A stretch of DNA of 64,000 nucleotides, taken from the IMG/VR virus record IMGVR_UViG_3300030329_003387; one strand, 5' to 3'. The position numbers and the translations under genes were made by a program. This DNA is from a virus. Within the stretch, counting starts at the first letter, position 1; each line of letters opens with the position of its first letter. This document shows positions 55,151-64,000 of this stretch, piece after piece. The notes under the pieces were generated by a model. It was not told the origin of the DNA and ran no database searches. It saw nothing but the letters and a program-made list of their open reading frames with translations.

Positions 55151-57176
55151 TGATTTAACCATAGTTAGCGCAGCTTGGAACTGTTCAAGTTTTTTAGAGG
55201 CGAACTGGAAATTAATATCTGAGTATTCAACAGATGGTCTTCAGTGGGTTGTTGCAAATAATCACCCAGAAAAAAGCTTGGGCATGGTTGAGACTATTCC
55301 TAACTTTAAAATTGTTGACGGAGTTCCTAAATCGGAAATAGATATACCGCCAAGAAGCAGGGCTATACATATAGGAAGTTATCACCACGCCGCTGGTATT
55401 AACAAAACAATACCACACATTAAAACTAGATATGCTTTGTTTTTAGACCCTGACTTTTTTATAGGGCCGTCTTTAGTAGAAATAATTGACTACATGGACA
55501 AAAAAGACCTTGCGTTCTTTGGGACACCTTATGCAATAGATGGGTCTGATAGGCCAAGTCATACGTTCCCGTGTGTTTACTGCATGTTTGTGGATACAAC
55601 AAAAGTTGACATCTCTACCTTTGACTTTACTCCACAGCCAAGCGATCTGTACAAAGGCGACACTGGAACAAAAGTTTATTTAGACCATTTAGATTATCCT
55701 CATGAGTCGGTTAGACAATCTGTCGCTGACATGAAGGTAAAGGATCAGCTAGCGAAAAGACCTCATATCAAATGGCCATACACAAAAAGTACGCTGCAAT
55801 CTGTCTACGGTATGAAGACTCCAGAACATGCAAAAAATAACTACTTCTGGAAAAACGGAGGCGAATACTTTGGCTCTCATGTAAGAATGAAAATAAAAGC
55901 TAGAAACGAAGAGGGAACTGTATTCTCCGCTAAAGCAACTGAACCACACAGTGAAGCAGCTCACATAATGAATATTGTAGAAGCTGTTCAACATATAAGA
56001 CAGGTGGAGCCACAAAAAATGGTGACTCCTCTATTTAGAGTTCTTATGCACGAAGATGCTATAAATGAAAGTCATAAAGTTCTTAGGTCAGGCTATGTAT
56101 CTCAAGGCAAAGTTAACACTATTTTTGAAAAAAAGCTTATGACTCATTTCAGTAACAAAAACATAGTTACTGTTAATTCTGGAACGTCAGCTCTACATCT
56201 TGCGTTTGACCTAATAAAACAAGCAGAGTCTCTAGATGAATCTTGTCAAGTTGTTTGCAGTCCATTAACGTGCGCGGCTGGATTGCTACCAATAGTTTCA
56301 AACGGACTTTCCATAAAATGGTGCGATATATCACCATCAAATCTAAATATAGATTTAGACAAGGTGGCAAAGCTACTTAATGAAAACACAAGAATTCTTA
56401 GCTTTGTTCATTGGGGCGGATATCCAATAGACTACAAAAAGCTACAGGAAATAAAAAAGCAATACGCGCTAAAATACAAAAAACTATTATATATTGTTGA
56501 GGACTGCGCTCACGCTTGGGGTTCTACTTGGAACGACCGTCCTGTTGGTGCAGTTCTTAACGATAATTCAACATTTAGCTGTTTTAGTTTTCAGGCCATA
56601 AAATCTTTAACAACTGGAGATGGAGGTCTTTTAATCACGCCGTCCGGGTTCAAACAAATAGCAAGAAAAAAGAGATGGTTTGGAATAGATAGAGATAATA
56701 ATGAGGATTTCAGAGGCGGGTATCCTATTCAAGATTTAGGTTTTAAGTTTCATATGAATGACATTTCTTCTGCCCTTGGAATTGGCAACATGCCACATAT
56801 TAAAAGTGCAATAGAAGATACTAGAGAAAACGCCGATGTCTACTATAAGAAACTTTCCGATCTTCGTTATGTCAAACTTCTGGATAACGACTATCAGTCT
56901 CGGTCAAGTTACTGGCTTTTTACTATAAGGGCTATGTATAGAGATCAGCTTTCAGAACACCTAAAGGAGTCAGGCATACAAACCAGTCTCGTGCATCACA
57001 GAAATGATACACATCCTGTATTTAAAAACTTTAAACCGAAGGCAAATGCACTACCAGTACTAGATGAAGTTTCTAAGGATATGCTTTGCGTTCCTGTTGG
57101 TTGGTGGATGACACCACACAGAATTAGAAGAATTGTGGACAGGATAAAAGATTTTTACGTACAGAGAAAGGGTTAA
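55134..57176 (+). CDS. GT-A-like domain fused to DegT/DnrJ sugar aminotransferase
   Basis: N-terminal FLDPDFF; C-terminal NSGTSALHLA, EDCAHA, FSFQAIKSLTTGDGG (PLP lysine). Confidence 0.85.
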   Translation: MSVQISDLTIVSAAWNCSSFLEANWKLISEYSTDGLQWVVANNHPEKSLGMVETIPNFKIVDGVPKSEIDIPPRSRAIHIGSYHHAAGINKTIPHIKTRYALFLDPDFFIGPSLVEIIDYMDKKDLAFFGTPYAIDGSDRPSHTFPCVYCMFVDTTKVDISTFDFTPQPSDLYKGDTGTKVYLDHLDYPHESVRQSVADMKVKDQLAKRPHIKWPYTKSTLQSVYGMKTPEHAKNNYFWKNGGEYFGSHVRMKIKARNEEGTVFSAKATEPHSEAAHIMNIVEAVQHIRQVEPQKMVTPLFRVLMHEDAINESHKVLRSGYVSQGKVNTIFEKKLMTHFSNKNIVTVNSGTSALHLAFDLIKQAESLDESCQVVCSPLTCAAGLLPIVSNGLSIKWCDISPSNLNIDLDKVAKLLNENTRILSFVHWGGYPIDYKKLQEIKKQYALKYKKLLYIVEDCAHAWGSTWNDRPVGAVLNDNSTFSCFSFQAIKSLTTGDGGLLITPSGFKQIARKKRWFGIDRDNNEDFRGGYPIQDLGFKFHMNDISSALGIGNMPHIKSAIEDTRENADVYYKKLSDLRYVKLLDNDYQSRSSYWLFTIRAMYRDQLSEHLKESGIQTSLVHHRNDTHPVFKNFKPKANALPVLDEVSKDMLCVPVGWWMTPHRIRRIVDRIKDFYVQRKG

Positions 57177-57177
57177 A

Positions 57178-57981
57178 ATGAAGTCACATGAAAAGTCTTG
57201 GCACAGGACTAGAAAGTACAGAATAGAGTTTTTAGGTGATATTTCTTCACTGCATGAAAGCGGAGATTATACCAACTTTAGACAGATAGAAAGTTTGCGT
57301 AAAAACATAAGTGGAGATAACGCTAAGAGAGCAAACGGTGAATTAAGCTATCTATTAAAAAACAACCCAGAGATATTAACTGAAAATTTAGACAAGATAA
57401 AAGAATGGGACTCATTTGGTAATCCTGTGCTACAAAGTTTTGAGCGTGAAAATTTTAAGATTGACTGCTCGGATTCAGTTTTTCCACCGCTGTACGACAT
57501 AACAAAAATAAAGGAAAATCTCAACCTCTCCTCAAACTTTGACATAGTGGAAGTTGGATGTGGCTTTGGAATAGAAGCTAAAATTTTTCACGATATTGTT
57601 GGTTACAAGAGCTACACCCACGTAGATCTTCCAGACATGTTAAAACTTCAGTCAGTTTATCTTTCTAACTTTAAAACACCTAATATTACCTACATAAACC
57701 CATACAAAGACATTGATAAACTAAAAACTCATTACGATTTGTTTATATCTAACTTTGCTTTTACAGAGATAACTCACGATGTACAAAAATTCTATTTTGA
57801 CAACATCATAAAAAAATGTAGCACGGGAATAATTGTAGGAAAAATGGCGCCACACATAGAAAGCGTGATGAATAACAAAATAACCAAAGTGCAAATTGAT
57901 TGGATTAAGTCAGAATTTAACATCAAGTATGAAAAGAATTCTGCTTATGGCAGAGGGGGTTTAATATATTTTTGGAAATGA
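57178..57981 (+). CDS. Putative sugar O-methyltransferase
   Basis: VEVGCGFG, VDLP, DLFISNFAFTE. Confidence 0.75.
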   Translation: MKSHEKSWHRTRKYRIEFLGDISSLHESGDYTNFRQIESLRKNISGDNAKRANGELSYLLKNNPEILTENLDKIKEWDSFGNPVLQSFERENFKIDCSDSVFPPLYDITKIKENLNLSSNFDIVEVGCGFGIEAKIFHDIVGYKSYTHVDLPDMLKLQSVYLSNFKTPNITYINPYKDIDKLKTHYDLFISNFAFTEITHDVQKFYFDNIIKKCSTGIIVGKMAPHIESVMNNKITKVQIDWIKSEFNIKYEKNSAYGRGGLIYFWK

Positions 57982-58598
57982 ATAAATTTAAATACAAAAC
58001 ATTTAAGTACAGATTTGCTTCAATATTGCAGAGGGTTTTTAGCTGTGTAGATATGTCATGCCTACACGAAGAAATAAAACTATTTGATGTAGACACAGAC
58101 CAATCTTCAAAGTATCACAAAAAGTTTTACGAGCTTCCCGAAGATCATTTGTTCTTTTTAAATTTTAGAGAATTTGTAGTAAATGAAATAAAACCGCTAT
58201 TTGACGAACCTATAATCTTTCAGAAAAAGCCTACCTTTAGAGTTCATCTAAGAAACAATGTTGCGGTAGGCGCTTTTCACAGAGATAGGGACTACAATCA
58301 TTTCACAGATGAAGTAAATTTTTTCGTCCCGTTAACAAAAGCGTTTGGCTCAAATACTGTGTGGGTGGAAAGTGAAGAAGGAAAAGAAGACTTTAGCCCT
58401 ATGGAAGCGGACTACGGTGAGTTCTATATGTGGGACGGAGCTAACTTAGCACACGGAAACAAGAAAAACGAGACAGGGTCTACTAGGGTCAGTTTTGATT
58501 TTAGGGTATTGCCTAAGTCAAAATACACAACAACAGACAAGAAAAGCGTCACTCAAGGGATGTCCTTTAAGATAGGCGAATATTATGAAGAGCTATGA
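57978..58598 (+). CDS. StrG-like 2OG-Fe(II) oxygenase-fold protein
   Basis: PTFRVH, FHRD, HGN, RVSFDFR. Confidence 0.7.
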   Translation: MNKFKYKTFKYRFASILQRVFSCVDMSCLHEEIKLFDVDTDQSSKYHKKFYELPEDHLFFLNFREFVVNEIKPLFDEPIIFQKKPTFRVHLRNNVAVGAFHRDRDYNHFTDEVNFFVPLTKAFGSNTVWVESEEGKEDFSPMEADYGEFYMWDGANLAHGNKKNETGSTRVSFDFRVLPKSKYTTTDKKSVTQGMSFKIGEYYEEL

Positions 58599-59166
58599 CA
58601 TACTTGTACTAGGCTCCTCATACCTAACAGAGCTTTCGGTTAAACATCTTTTAGATATGGGTGACTACAACCTTGTTGGCTATGTACCTTGTAGAAATAC
58701 ACCAGTCGAAGGAGACATACCTCTAAAAAGAGTAGATGTTAATCACCCGTGTGATATAAAACTCTCACTTCAATACGACATCATAGTTGAGGACACATCA
58801 AACACTTACAATCTTCACACTGGATTGCTTCCTCAATATGGCGGTAGAGATATATTAGACCATACTATTAAAAATAAAGAGCGAGAACAGGGGCTGACTT
58901 TTCACAAAATGACTGAGGATCTTGATTACGGCCCAATAATAAGCAAAATAACATACCCAGTACTAGATACTGACTGTTCTTTTGATTTGTATAAAAGAAT
59001 GCTGGAAATAGCACCCCTTTTTGTGCATAGCAGTTTGAAGCTATTAAATAGCATGAAACAAAAAGAAATAGAAAAATGTTACAAATATCCTCCTACTATG
59101 TATAGTAGAGGAGAGTTTAAACTTAGTGAAAAATTTAAAGAGTTTATAAAATGCAAAAAGCACTAG
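58585..59166 (+). CDS. Sugar N-formyltransferase-like protein
   Basis: NLHTGLLPQYGG, TFH, LDYGPII. Confidence 0.8.
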   Translation: MKSYDILVLGSSYLTELSVKHLLDMGDYNLVGYVPCRNTPVEGDIPLKRVDVNHPCDIKLSLQYDIIVEDTSNTYNLHTGLLPQYGGRDILDHTIKNKEREQGLTFHKMTEDLDYGPIISKITYPVLDTDCSFDLYKRMLEIAPLFVHSSLKLLNSMKQKEIEKCYKYPPTMYSRGEFKLSEKFKEFIKCKKH

Positions 59167-60140
59167 TAACAGGTGGAGCTGGGTTTATAGGTCACCACCT
59201 AATAGAACATATATTAAAAAATACAGATTGGTTTGTTGTTTGTTTGGATAGGCTGGACACTTCTGGAAACCTCAATAGAATATCCGAATTTCTTGAAACT
59301 AACCCTTCTTGGAAAAAAAGATTTAAGTTTTTATACCACGACCTAAAGGCTGAAATAAACTCACAATTAGCAAGGCAGATTGGTAATGTAAGCATAGTCT
59401 TTCATCTAGCCGCCTCTTCTCATGTAGATAGAAGTATTGAAGATCCTTTAAGTTTTGTTTACGACAACGTGGTAGGTTCTTGTAATCTATTCAATTTTGC
59501 CAGAAATTGTGACACTATCGACTACATACAAAATTTTAGCACGGACGAAGTGTTTGGCGATGCGCCAGTAGGAACTGCCTACAAAGAATGGGATCGTCAC
59601 ATGGCAAAAAATCCATACTCTGCTAGTAAAGCTGGGGCAGAGCAGTTAGGAATTGCATTTCATAATACCTATGGACTTCCTATCATCACAACCAACTGCA
59701 TGAATGTGATTGGTGAAAGACAGCATCCTGAAAAGTACCTACCATTATGCATCAAAAAAATATTGGCAGGAGAAAAGATATACATACATTCAGATCCAAA
59801 CAAGAATCCCGGAACTAGATTTTATGTACACGCAAGAAACGTTGCTGACGTATCTTTATTCTTGACAGAAAAAGCAGAAGCTGGAGACAAGTATAATCTT
59901 GTTGGGCAAAGAGAAGTTTCAAATTTAGAACTAGCACAAATGGTAGCTGAAATTTTAGGAAAAGAGCTTAATTACGAACTAGTTGATTTTCATTCTTCTA
60001 GACCCGGACACGACTTAAGATATGCGCTAGAAGATACAAAAATATGCAATATGGGATACAGCTATCCTGTGTCGTTCGAGGATTCTTTAAAGAAAACAAT
60101 ACAGTGGACGATAGACAATCCTAAGTGGTTGGCAGGATAA
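59151..60140 (+). CDS. NDP-glucose 4,6-dehydratase (RmlB-like)
   Basis: TGGAGFIG, AASSHVDRS, STDEV, YSASKA, RPGHDLRY. Confidence 0.9.
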   Translation: MQKALVTGGAGFIGHHLIEHILKNTDWFVVCLDRLDTSGNLNRISEFLETNPSWKKRFKFLYHDLKAEINSQLARQIGNVSIVFHLAASSHVDRSIEDPLSFVYDNVVGSCNLFNFARNCDTIDYIQNFSTDEVFGDAPVGTAYKEWDRHMAKNPYSASKAGAEQLGIAFHNTYGLPIITTNCMNVIGERQHPEKYLPLCIKKILAGEKIYIHSDPNKNPGTRFYVHARNVADVSLFLTEKAEAGDKYNLVGQREVSNLELAQMVAEILGKELNYELVDFHSSRPGHDLRYALEDTKICNMGYSYPVSFEDSLKKTIQWTIDNPKWLAG

Positions 60141-61081
60141 TGAAATTTTTAATCCCAATAAAAAATAACAAATACTTTAAAATTGTTTCAAAAGCTCTTA
60201 AAGCAGGGCTAGAGAAACAAGGACAGGTAGCCGAAATCATACTTAGAAACGACCTGTCTAAAAAAGAAGAGTGTATCAAAGAGTATGATTTTGTTTTTGT
60301 GTTTACGATAACGGGAGATTGGATAAGAGATTTAGCTATTAAATATGGAAAGCCTTACATCTACATGGATAAGGGGTATTGTAGAAATGCCAGACTTAAA
60401 AAGCCTGAAGCATTTATAAGATTTAGTCCAAACAGCTGGCAACCTTTAAAGCACCTAGATAAGTTTTCGGATAGAGATGATAGGTGGGAGGAACTGCTAA
60501 AAATACCAATAAGAAAGTGGTATGAAAAAGACGGAAAAGTATCCAAAGTAGAAACTCTAGAGCCAAAACCTCACTTTAAAGAAGAGGGTGAGTATATACT
60601 GTTTGCTGGAAGTTCTGCAAAATACCATCTATATATGGGCATTGAAGAACCAACCACATATACAAAAAACATAGTTAAAGAGATTAGACAACTTACAGAC
60701 CGTCCTATAATATACAGACCTAAACCAAGTTGGAATGCAAAGCAAGAAGTAGAAGGTACAATATTTTTAGGCGACAATAAGATAAAATACCACGAACTGC
60801 TAAAGAAAGATCTGTATTGCGTCATAACTCATACCAGTAACGCTGCTTTAGAAGCTAACTTCTACGGAATACCTACAATCGTTCTCGGAGAGGCGATAGC
60901 TAAACCAGTATCTAGCACAAAGCTAGATGGGATAAATAATATATATAGGCCAACACTTGAAGAGAAGCATTCATTAGGCAGATCCCTATCCTACTTTCAA
61001 TATAGAATTGAAGAGGTGGAGGATGGAGTCATGTTTGATAATCTAAAAGGCATTTTTGAGGAGGAATTAAATGGGTCATAA
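60140..61081 (+). CDS. KpsS/KpsC-like GT-B protein, paralog 3
   Basis: MDKGY, YRPKP, ITHTSNAALEANFYGIP, YFQYRIEEV. Confidence 0.55.
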   Translation: MKFLIPIKNNKYFKIVSKALKAGLEKQGQVAEIILRNDLSKKEECIKEYDFVFVFTITGDWIRDLAIKYGKPYIYMDKGYCRNARLKKPEAFIRFSPNSWQPLKHLDKFSDRDDRWEELLKIPIRKWYEKDGKVSKVETLEPKPHFKEEGEYILFAGSSAKYHLYMGIEEPTTYTKNIVKEIRQLTDRPIIYRPKPSWNAKQEVEGTIFLGDNKIKYHELLKKDLYCVITHTSNAALEANFYGIPTIVLGEAIAKPVSSTKLDGINNIYRPTLEEKHSLGRSLSYFQYRIEEVEDGVMFDNLKGIFEEELNGS

Positions 61082-61451
61082 AACACTAACGGGCGCTGTT
61101 CAGGGTAAGTTTTGGGGAACAACAAGATGCTTTTTTGAGAATGCAACAAGTGAGGTTCATTACATAGAAGCTAATAAAGATGGCTATTGTTCTCGTCATC
61201 ATCATGAAAATAAATGGAACAGATTTATCGTGCTTGAAGGAGCTTTGAAGGTTATTATATATAAGCAGGATAGTGAAGATGAGACAATACTGAGACAAGG
61301 TATGTTTTCTGACGTTCCTCCCGGAATAGACCATAGATTTGTCGCAATGGAAGACACAAAAGCGTTAGAGGTTTATTGGATAGACGGATTAGACCCTAAA
61401 GATATAGTTAGGAAAGATACTGGTGGTTCTGGAAGAAGTACAGATAAATAA
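61071..61451 (+). CDS. Cupin (sugar isomerase-like)
   Basis: KFWG, SRHHH, PPGIDHRF. Confidence 0.75.
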   Translation: MGHKTLTGAVQGKFWGTTRCFFENATSEVHYIEANKDGYCSRHHHENKWNRFIVLEGALKVIIYKQDSEDETILRQGMFSDVPPGIDHRFVAMEDTKALEVYWIDGLDPKDIVRKDTGGSGRSTDK

Positions 61452-62214
61452 ACCTGTTTTACTTATAGGCTCTGGTCCAGCTATAGATGAGTATCTTACA
61501 CCGGAGATAGCAAGTAAATATTTTACATTGTGTACCGGAAGGGCTATATATGCGCTAGATCACGTAGATATAGTTACCTGTCTAGATCTGGTCAGGTTCG
61601 TCCATAATATATCTAACTTTTCAGATAGATTTGATCACTTTTTAGTTCCTCACTGCCTAACCACCAGATTCTGGACTGGAAGCAAGTCTGGAATACTAGA
61701 GGTCACGAACACGACTCCTATCTACACTTTTAACACTGGAGCTAGCAGTCCAAGCTCAACAAAAGATTGGTCGGACGTTCAGTACACATACAAAAAAAGC
61801 CCAAAGCACGCAAAGATGTTAGCTCACATGAGCCAGTTTGAAAGCTACAAAAAACAAATGGGCGTTAACGAAGGGTGTACAATATTGCACCCGCATGTAG
61901 CTTACGAAAATGTACTTAGGGTACTGTCGATCTCTTCCACATTATCGCAAAAGATAGAGATGTTTTTGAGAGAAGATGTCGATTTAACACATTGCCCTAT
62001 AGATCAGTTTTTATTAAAAGACAATACTCTGAGAAATCACTGTAGTTGTTTGCACTTCTTAATAAACTGGCTTTGGCTAAAAGGAGTTAATAAAGTGCAT
62101 ACAATTGGCATAACAAGAGAGTATGAAGGTTGGGGACACACAAGACAGTTATTTGATTTTTACGGTATCAATTTTACTATGATGGAAGACTTTGGCGGAG
62201 AAATAAAATTATGA
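61423..62214 (+). CDS. Hypothetical protein, possibly a sialyltransferase/Maf-like fold
   Basis: VLLIGSGP N-terminus; cluster context. Confidence 0.4.
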   Translation: MVLEEVQINKPVLLIGSGPAIDEYLTPEIASKYFTLCTGRAIYALDHVDIVTCLDLVRFVHNISNFSDRFDHFLVPHCLTTRFWTGSKSGILEVTNTTPIYTFNTGASSPSSTKDWSDVQYTYKKSPKHAKMLAHMSQFESYKKQMGVNEGCTILHPHVAYENVLRVLSISSTLSQKIEMFLREDVDLTHCPIDQFLLKDNTLRNHCSCLHFLINWLWLKGVNKVHTIGITREYEGWGHTRQLFDFYGINFTMMEDFGGEIKL

Positions 62215-62681
62215 TTTTAATATCTCATAGAGGTAACGTTTACGGTCCAGAACCTAGATTAGAAAACAGTCCTGTCTATATAAACTCTGCCTTGCAAGAA
62301 AATTACTTTGTAGAAATAGATGTGTGGAAAATAAAAGACTCTTGGTTCTTAGGTCACGATGGACCAGCATACGAAACAACCGAAAAGTTTTTAACACAGA
62401 AGAATCTACTAATACACGCTAAAAATTTAGATGCATTAAAATGTTTGTTAGAGCTAGACGTTCACTGCTTTTGGCATCAAGAAGATTTCTATACTATTAC
62501 CAGTAGGGGTTTAATAATTAGTTATCCGGGCTACGCTACTGGCGAAAATGTTATTTGCATGAAACCTGAGCTTATATCAATGGACACAATACGTGACTGC
62601 CATGCAATATGTTCAGATTATGTAGGAATTTATAAAGATAAAAAGCCAGAAATCAAGGTGGGTTTTAGTGAAACACGCTGA
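62211..62681 (+). CDS. GDPD-like phosphodiesterase-fold protein
   Basis: ISHRGN, EN, VEIDV, LGHD, HAKN. Confidence 0.75.
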   Translation: MILISHRGNVYGPEPRLENSPVYINSALQENYFVEIDVWKIKDSWFLGHDGPAYETTEKFLTQKNLLIHAKNLDALKCLLELDVHCFWHQEDFYTITSRGLIISYPGYATGENVICMKPELISMDTIRDCHAICSDYVGIYKDKKPEIKVGFSETR

Positions 62682-63462
62682 CGTAACGATTGTCATACAA
62701 GGTCCTTCTGTTAGCGTATCTGGAAAACTGGGTGCTGCATTTAGAAATTTAGAAAACTACAGCAAGCACGTTGGCAATATTGTAATATCAACTTGGGATG
62801 ACAGCAAAGTAAAGCCGTCAAAAAGGATGCTAAGCAGGCTTGGTATCAAGTATGTTGAAGATTCTAAAGATCATTATAAGAATCATTACAACAACTCTAA
62901 TATAGCATACCAATCTGCAACTTCACTAAATGGATTAAAACTTGTTAAAACCAAATACGCTATAAAAGTAAGGTGTGACGAAAAGTATACCGATATTTCT
63001 AAATTTATAGAGGTAATGAAAAGCGCGCCAGAAAAAATAACGACTAGCAATTTTCTGTTTACTTCTGATGACTTTAGTCAATTCCACATATCCGATCACG
63101 TAATTGGAGGCAAGACGGAAAACTTGATAGGAATGTTTGATAATGCGTCCATGCTATGCAAACACTACGCTAATAAGACAGACCCTATAACAGGAAGTGA
63201 CTTAGCTATAGACAACTACAGAAATGGAAAAACAAAAAACGACGAAATATCACCAGAGTCACTTTTGTTTTTGTGCTTCCTAGCTTATAAAGAAATTGAA
63301 ATAGACTGTTCAAAGTCTATAGAAATAATGAATAATAATTGCCAACTTGTTGAATTAACAGATATGGGAGACTTTCTTTGCCATATGTCTTGTATACCCT
63401 ATACAAATTACGATAGGGTATTAGAGGACACGGCTACTATAACATCAATGAACGATCTATGA
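62668..63462 (+). CDS. WavE-like lipopolysaccharide synthesis protein
   Basis: VIQG, IVISTW, SLNGL, YAIKVRCD, FHISD. Confidence 0.7.
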   Translation: MKHADVTIVIQGPSVSVSGKLGAAFRNLENYSKHVGNIVISTWDDSKVKPSKRMLSRLGIKYVEDSKDHYKNHYNNSNIAYQSATSLNGLKLVKTKYAIKVRCDEKYTDISKFIEVMKSAPEKITTSNFLFTSDDFSQFHISDHVIGGKTENLIGMFDNASMLCKHYANKTDPITGSDLAIDNYRNGKTKNDEISPESLLFLCFLAYKEIEIDCSKSIEIMNNNCQLVELTDMGDFLCHMSCIPYTNYDRVLEDTATITSMNDL

Positions 63463-63593
63463 CCAGAAGTAAAGATATAGGTTTTATATTTTTAATGTCA
63501 CTCTTAATTACAGTGCAATTTCCAGTCGAACAATCCACTTGTATATTTTTAGCTTTCGTAGCTTACAGGAGAAAAAAATGCCTAAAATATTAG
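63459..63593 (+). CDS. Small hydrophobic peptide (44 aa; not in ORF track)
   Basis: ATGA overlap; MTRSKDIGFIFLMSLLITVQF... Confidence 0.3.
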   Translation: MTRSKDIGFIFLMSLLITVQFPVEQSTCIFLAFVAYRRKKCLKY

Positions 63594-64000
63594 TTACAGG
63601 AGGTGGCGGGTACGTAGGAAACGTATTGTGCCGACATCTATTAGACAAAGGTTATGAAGTAAAGTGTGTTGACAACTTTCATAAGGGTCAATGTGACGCA
63701 ATTATTCCGTTAGCAACAAATCCAAGATTTGAGTTTGAATATGGCGATGTAACCGTCTTGGAACAAATGAAGGAGGCTGTACGTGGGTGTGACGCTATTA
63801 TTCATCTCGCTGCTATTGTTGGCTTTCCGGCTTGCAAATCCCAGCCCGCTTTGGCAACGGCGGTAAACGTAGAAGGCACTAGAAATATTATTTTCGCAAG
63901 AGAGGCTTACAACCCTAAGATTCCTCTTGTTTATGCGTCCACAGGCAGCGTGTACGGTAAGGTGGAGGATATTTGCACAGAAGAGTCCGCACTCAACGCT
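63578..64000 (+). CDS. NAD-dependent epimerase/dehydratase, 3' truncated by the window
   Basis: AGGAG RBS; MPKILVTGGGGYVG, HLAAIVG, ASTGSVYG. Confidence 0.88.
   Translation, partial: MPKILVTGGGGYVGNVLCRHLLDKGYEVKCVDNFHKGQCDAIIPLATNPRFEFEYGDVTVLEQMKEAVRGCDAIIHLAAIVGFPACKSQPALATAVNVEGTRNIIFAREAYNPKIPLVYASTGSVYGKVEDICTEESALNA

Noticed and set aside
1-64000. Minus-strand and nested ORFs in the ORF track (e.g. 394-762, 13091-13474, 25102-25500, 51560-52036)
   Set aside because: They shadow well-supported + strand genes and show no recognisable motifs
1-64000. Stop-codon reassignment, as seen in some large phages
   Set aside because: Conserved genes are full length in code 11 and TAA, TAG and TGA all end genes at expected positions
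1-64000. tRNA, rRNA, CRISPR array, IS element or integrase
   Set aside because: None recognisable in the few short intergenic gaps; tRNAscan/Infernal not run
38376-64000. Host chromosomal O-antigen or capsule locus joined to the phage
   Set aside because: Continuous overlapping gene style and similar composition to the phage replication genes; no wzx/wzy/kpsMT; paralogous GT4 at 6279 within the phage part

Overview
AT-rich, almost gap-free, single-stranded (+) gene array from a large tailed (jumbo-type) bacteriophage. Phage origin is inferred from an rIIB-like gene, PhoH, a dNMP kinase, class II RNR, dUTPase and two phage-type sigma factors, with ATGA-type overlaps throughout. No capsid or tail gene is recognisable here. 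A Tat-exported DUF1501 gene suggests a Planctomycetota-like host. Layout: 1-20 kb accessory genes (kdsA, glycosyltransferases, PAP2 phosphatase, ClpP, sigma factor, DeoC-like protein lacking catalytic lysines, M19 dipeptidase, holin-like proteins, two thioredoxins); 20-24 kb nucleotide metabolism; 25.8-38.4 kb bacterial-type replication/recombination (RecA, DnaB, DnaG, Cas4-like nuclease, DnaE, DnaQ-like, SSB, second sigma); 38.4-64 kb about 30 consecutive glycan synthesis/modification genes with no recognisable transporter. The best candidate for a new system is a DnaE split without an intein into two genes flanking a DEDDh exonuclease. That exonuclease ends in CUU-UGA, the prfB shift-site core, so a +1 frameshift would fuse it in frame to the C-terminal half of DnaE; this remains a hypothesis. 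Other leads are a structured nrdJ leader with a uORF, a recurring GTGTATAAT promoter motif without a -35, a membrane-anchored RuvA-domain-III-like protein, and kdsA with three KpsS/KpsC-like paralogs. All calls rest on motif recognition by eye; no database searches were run.
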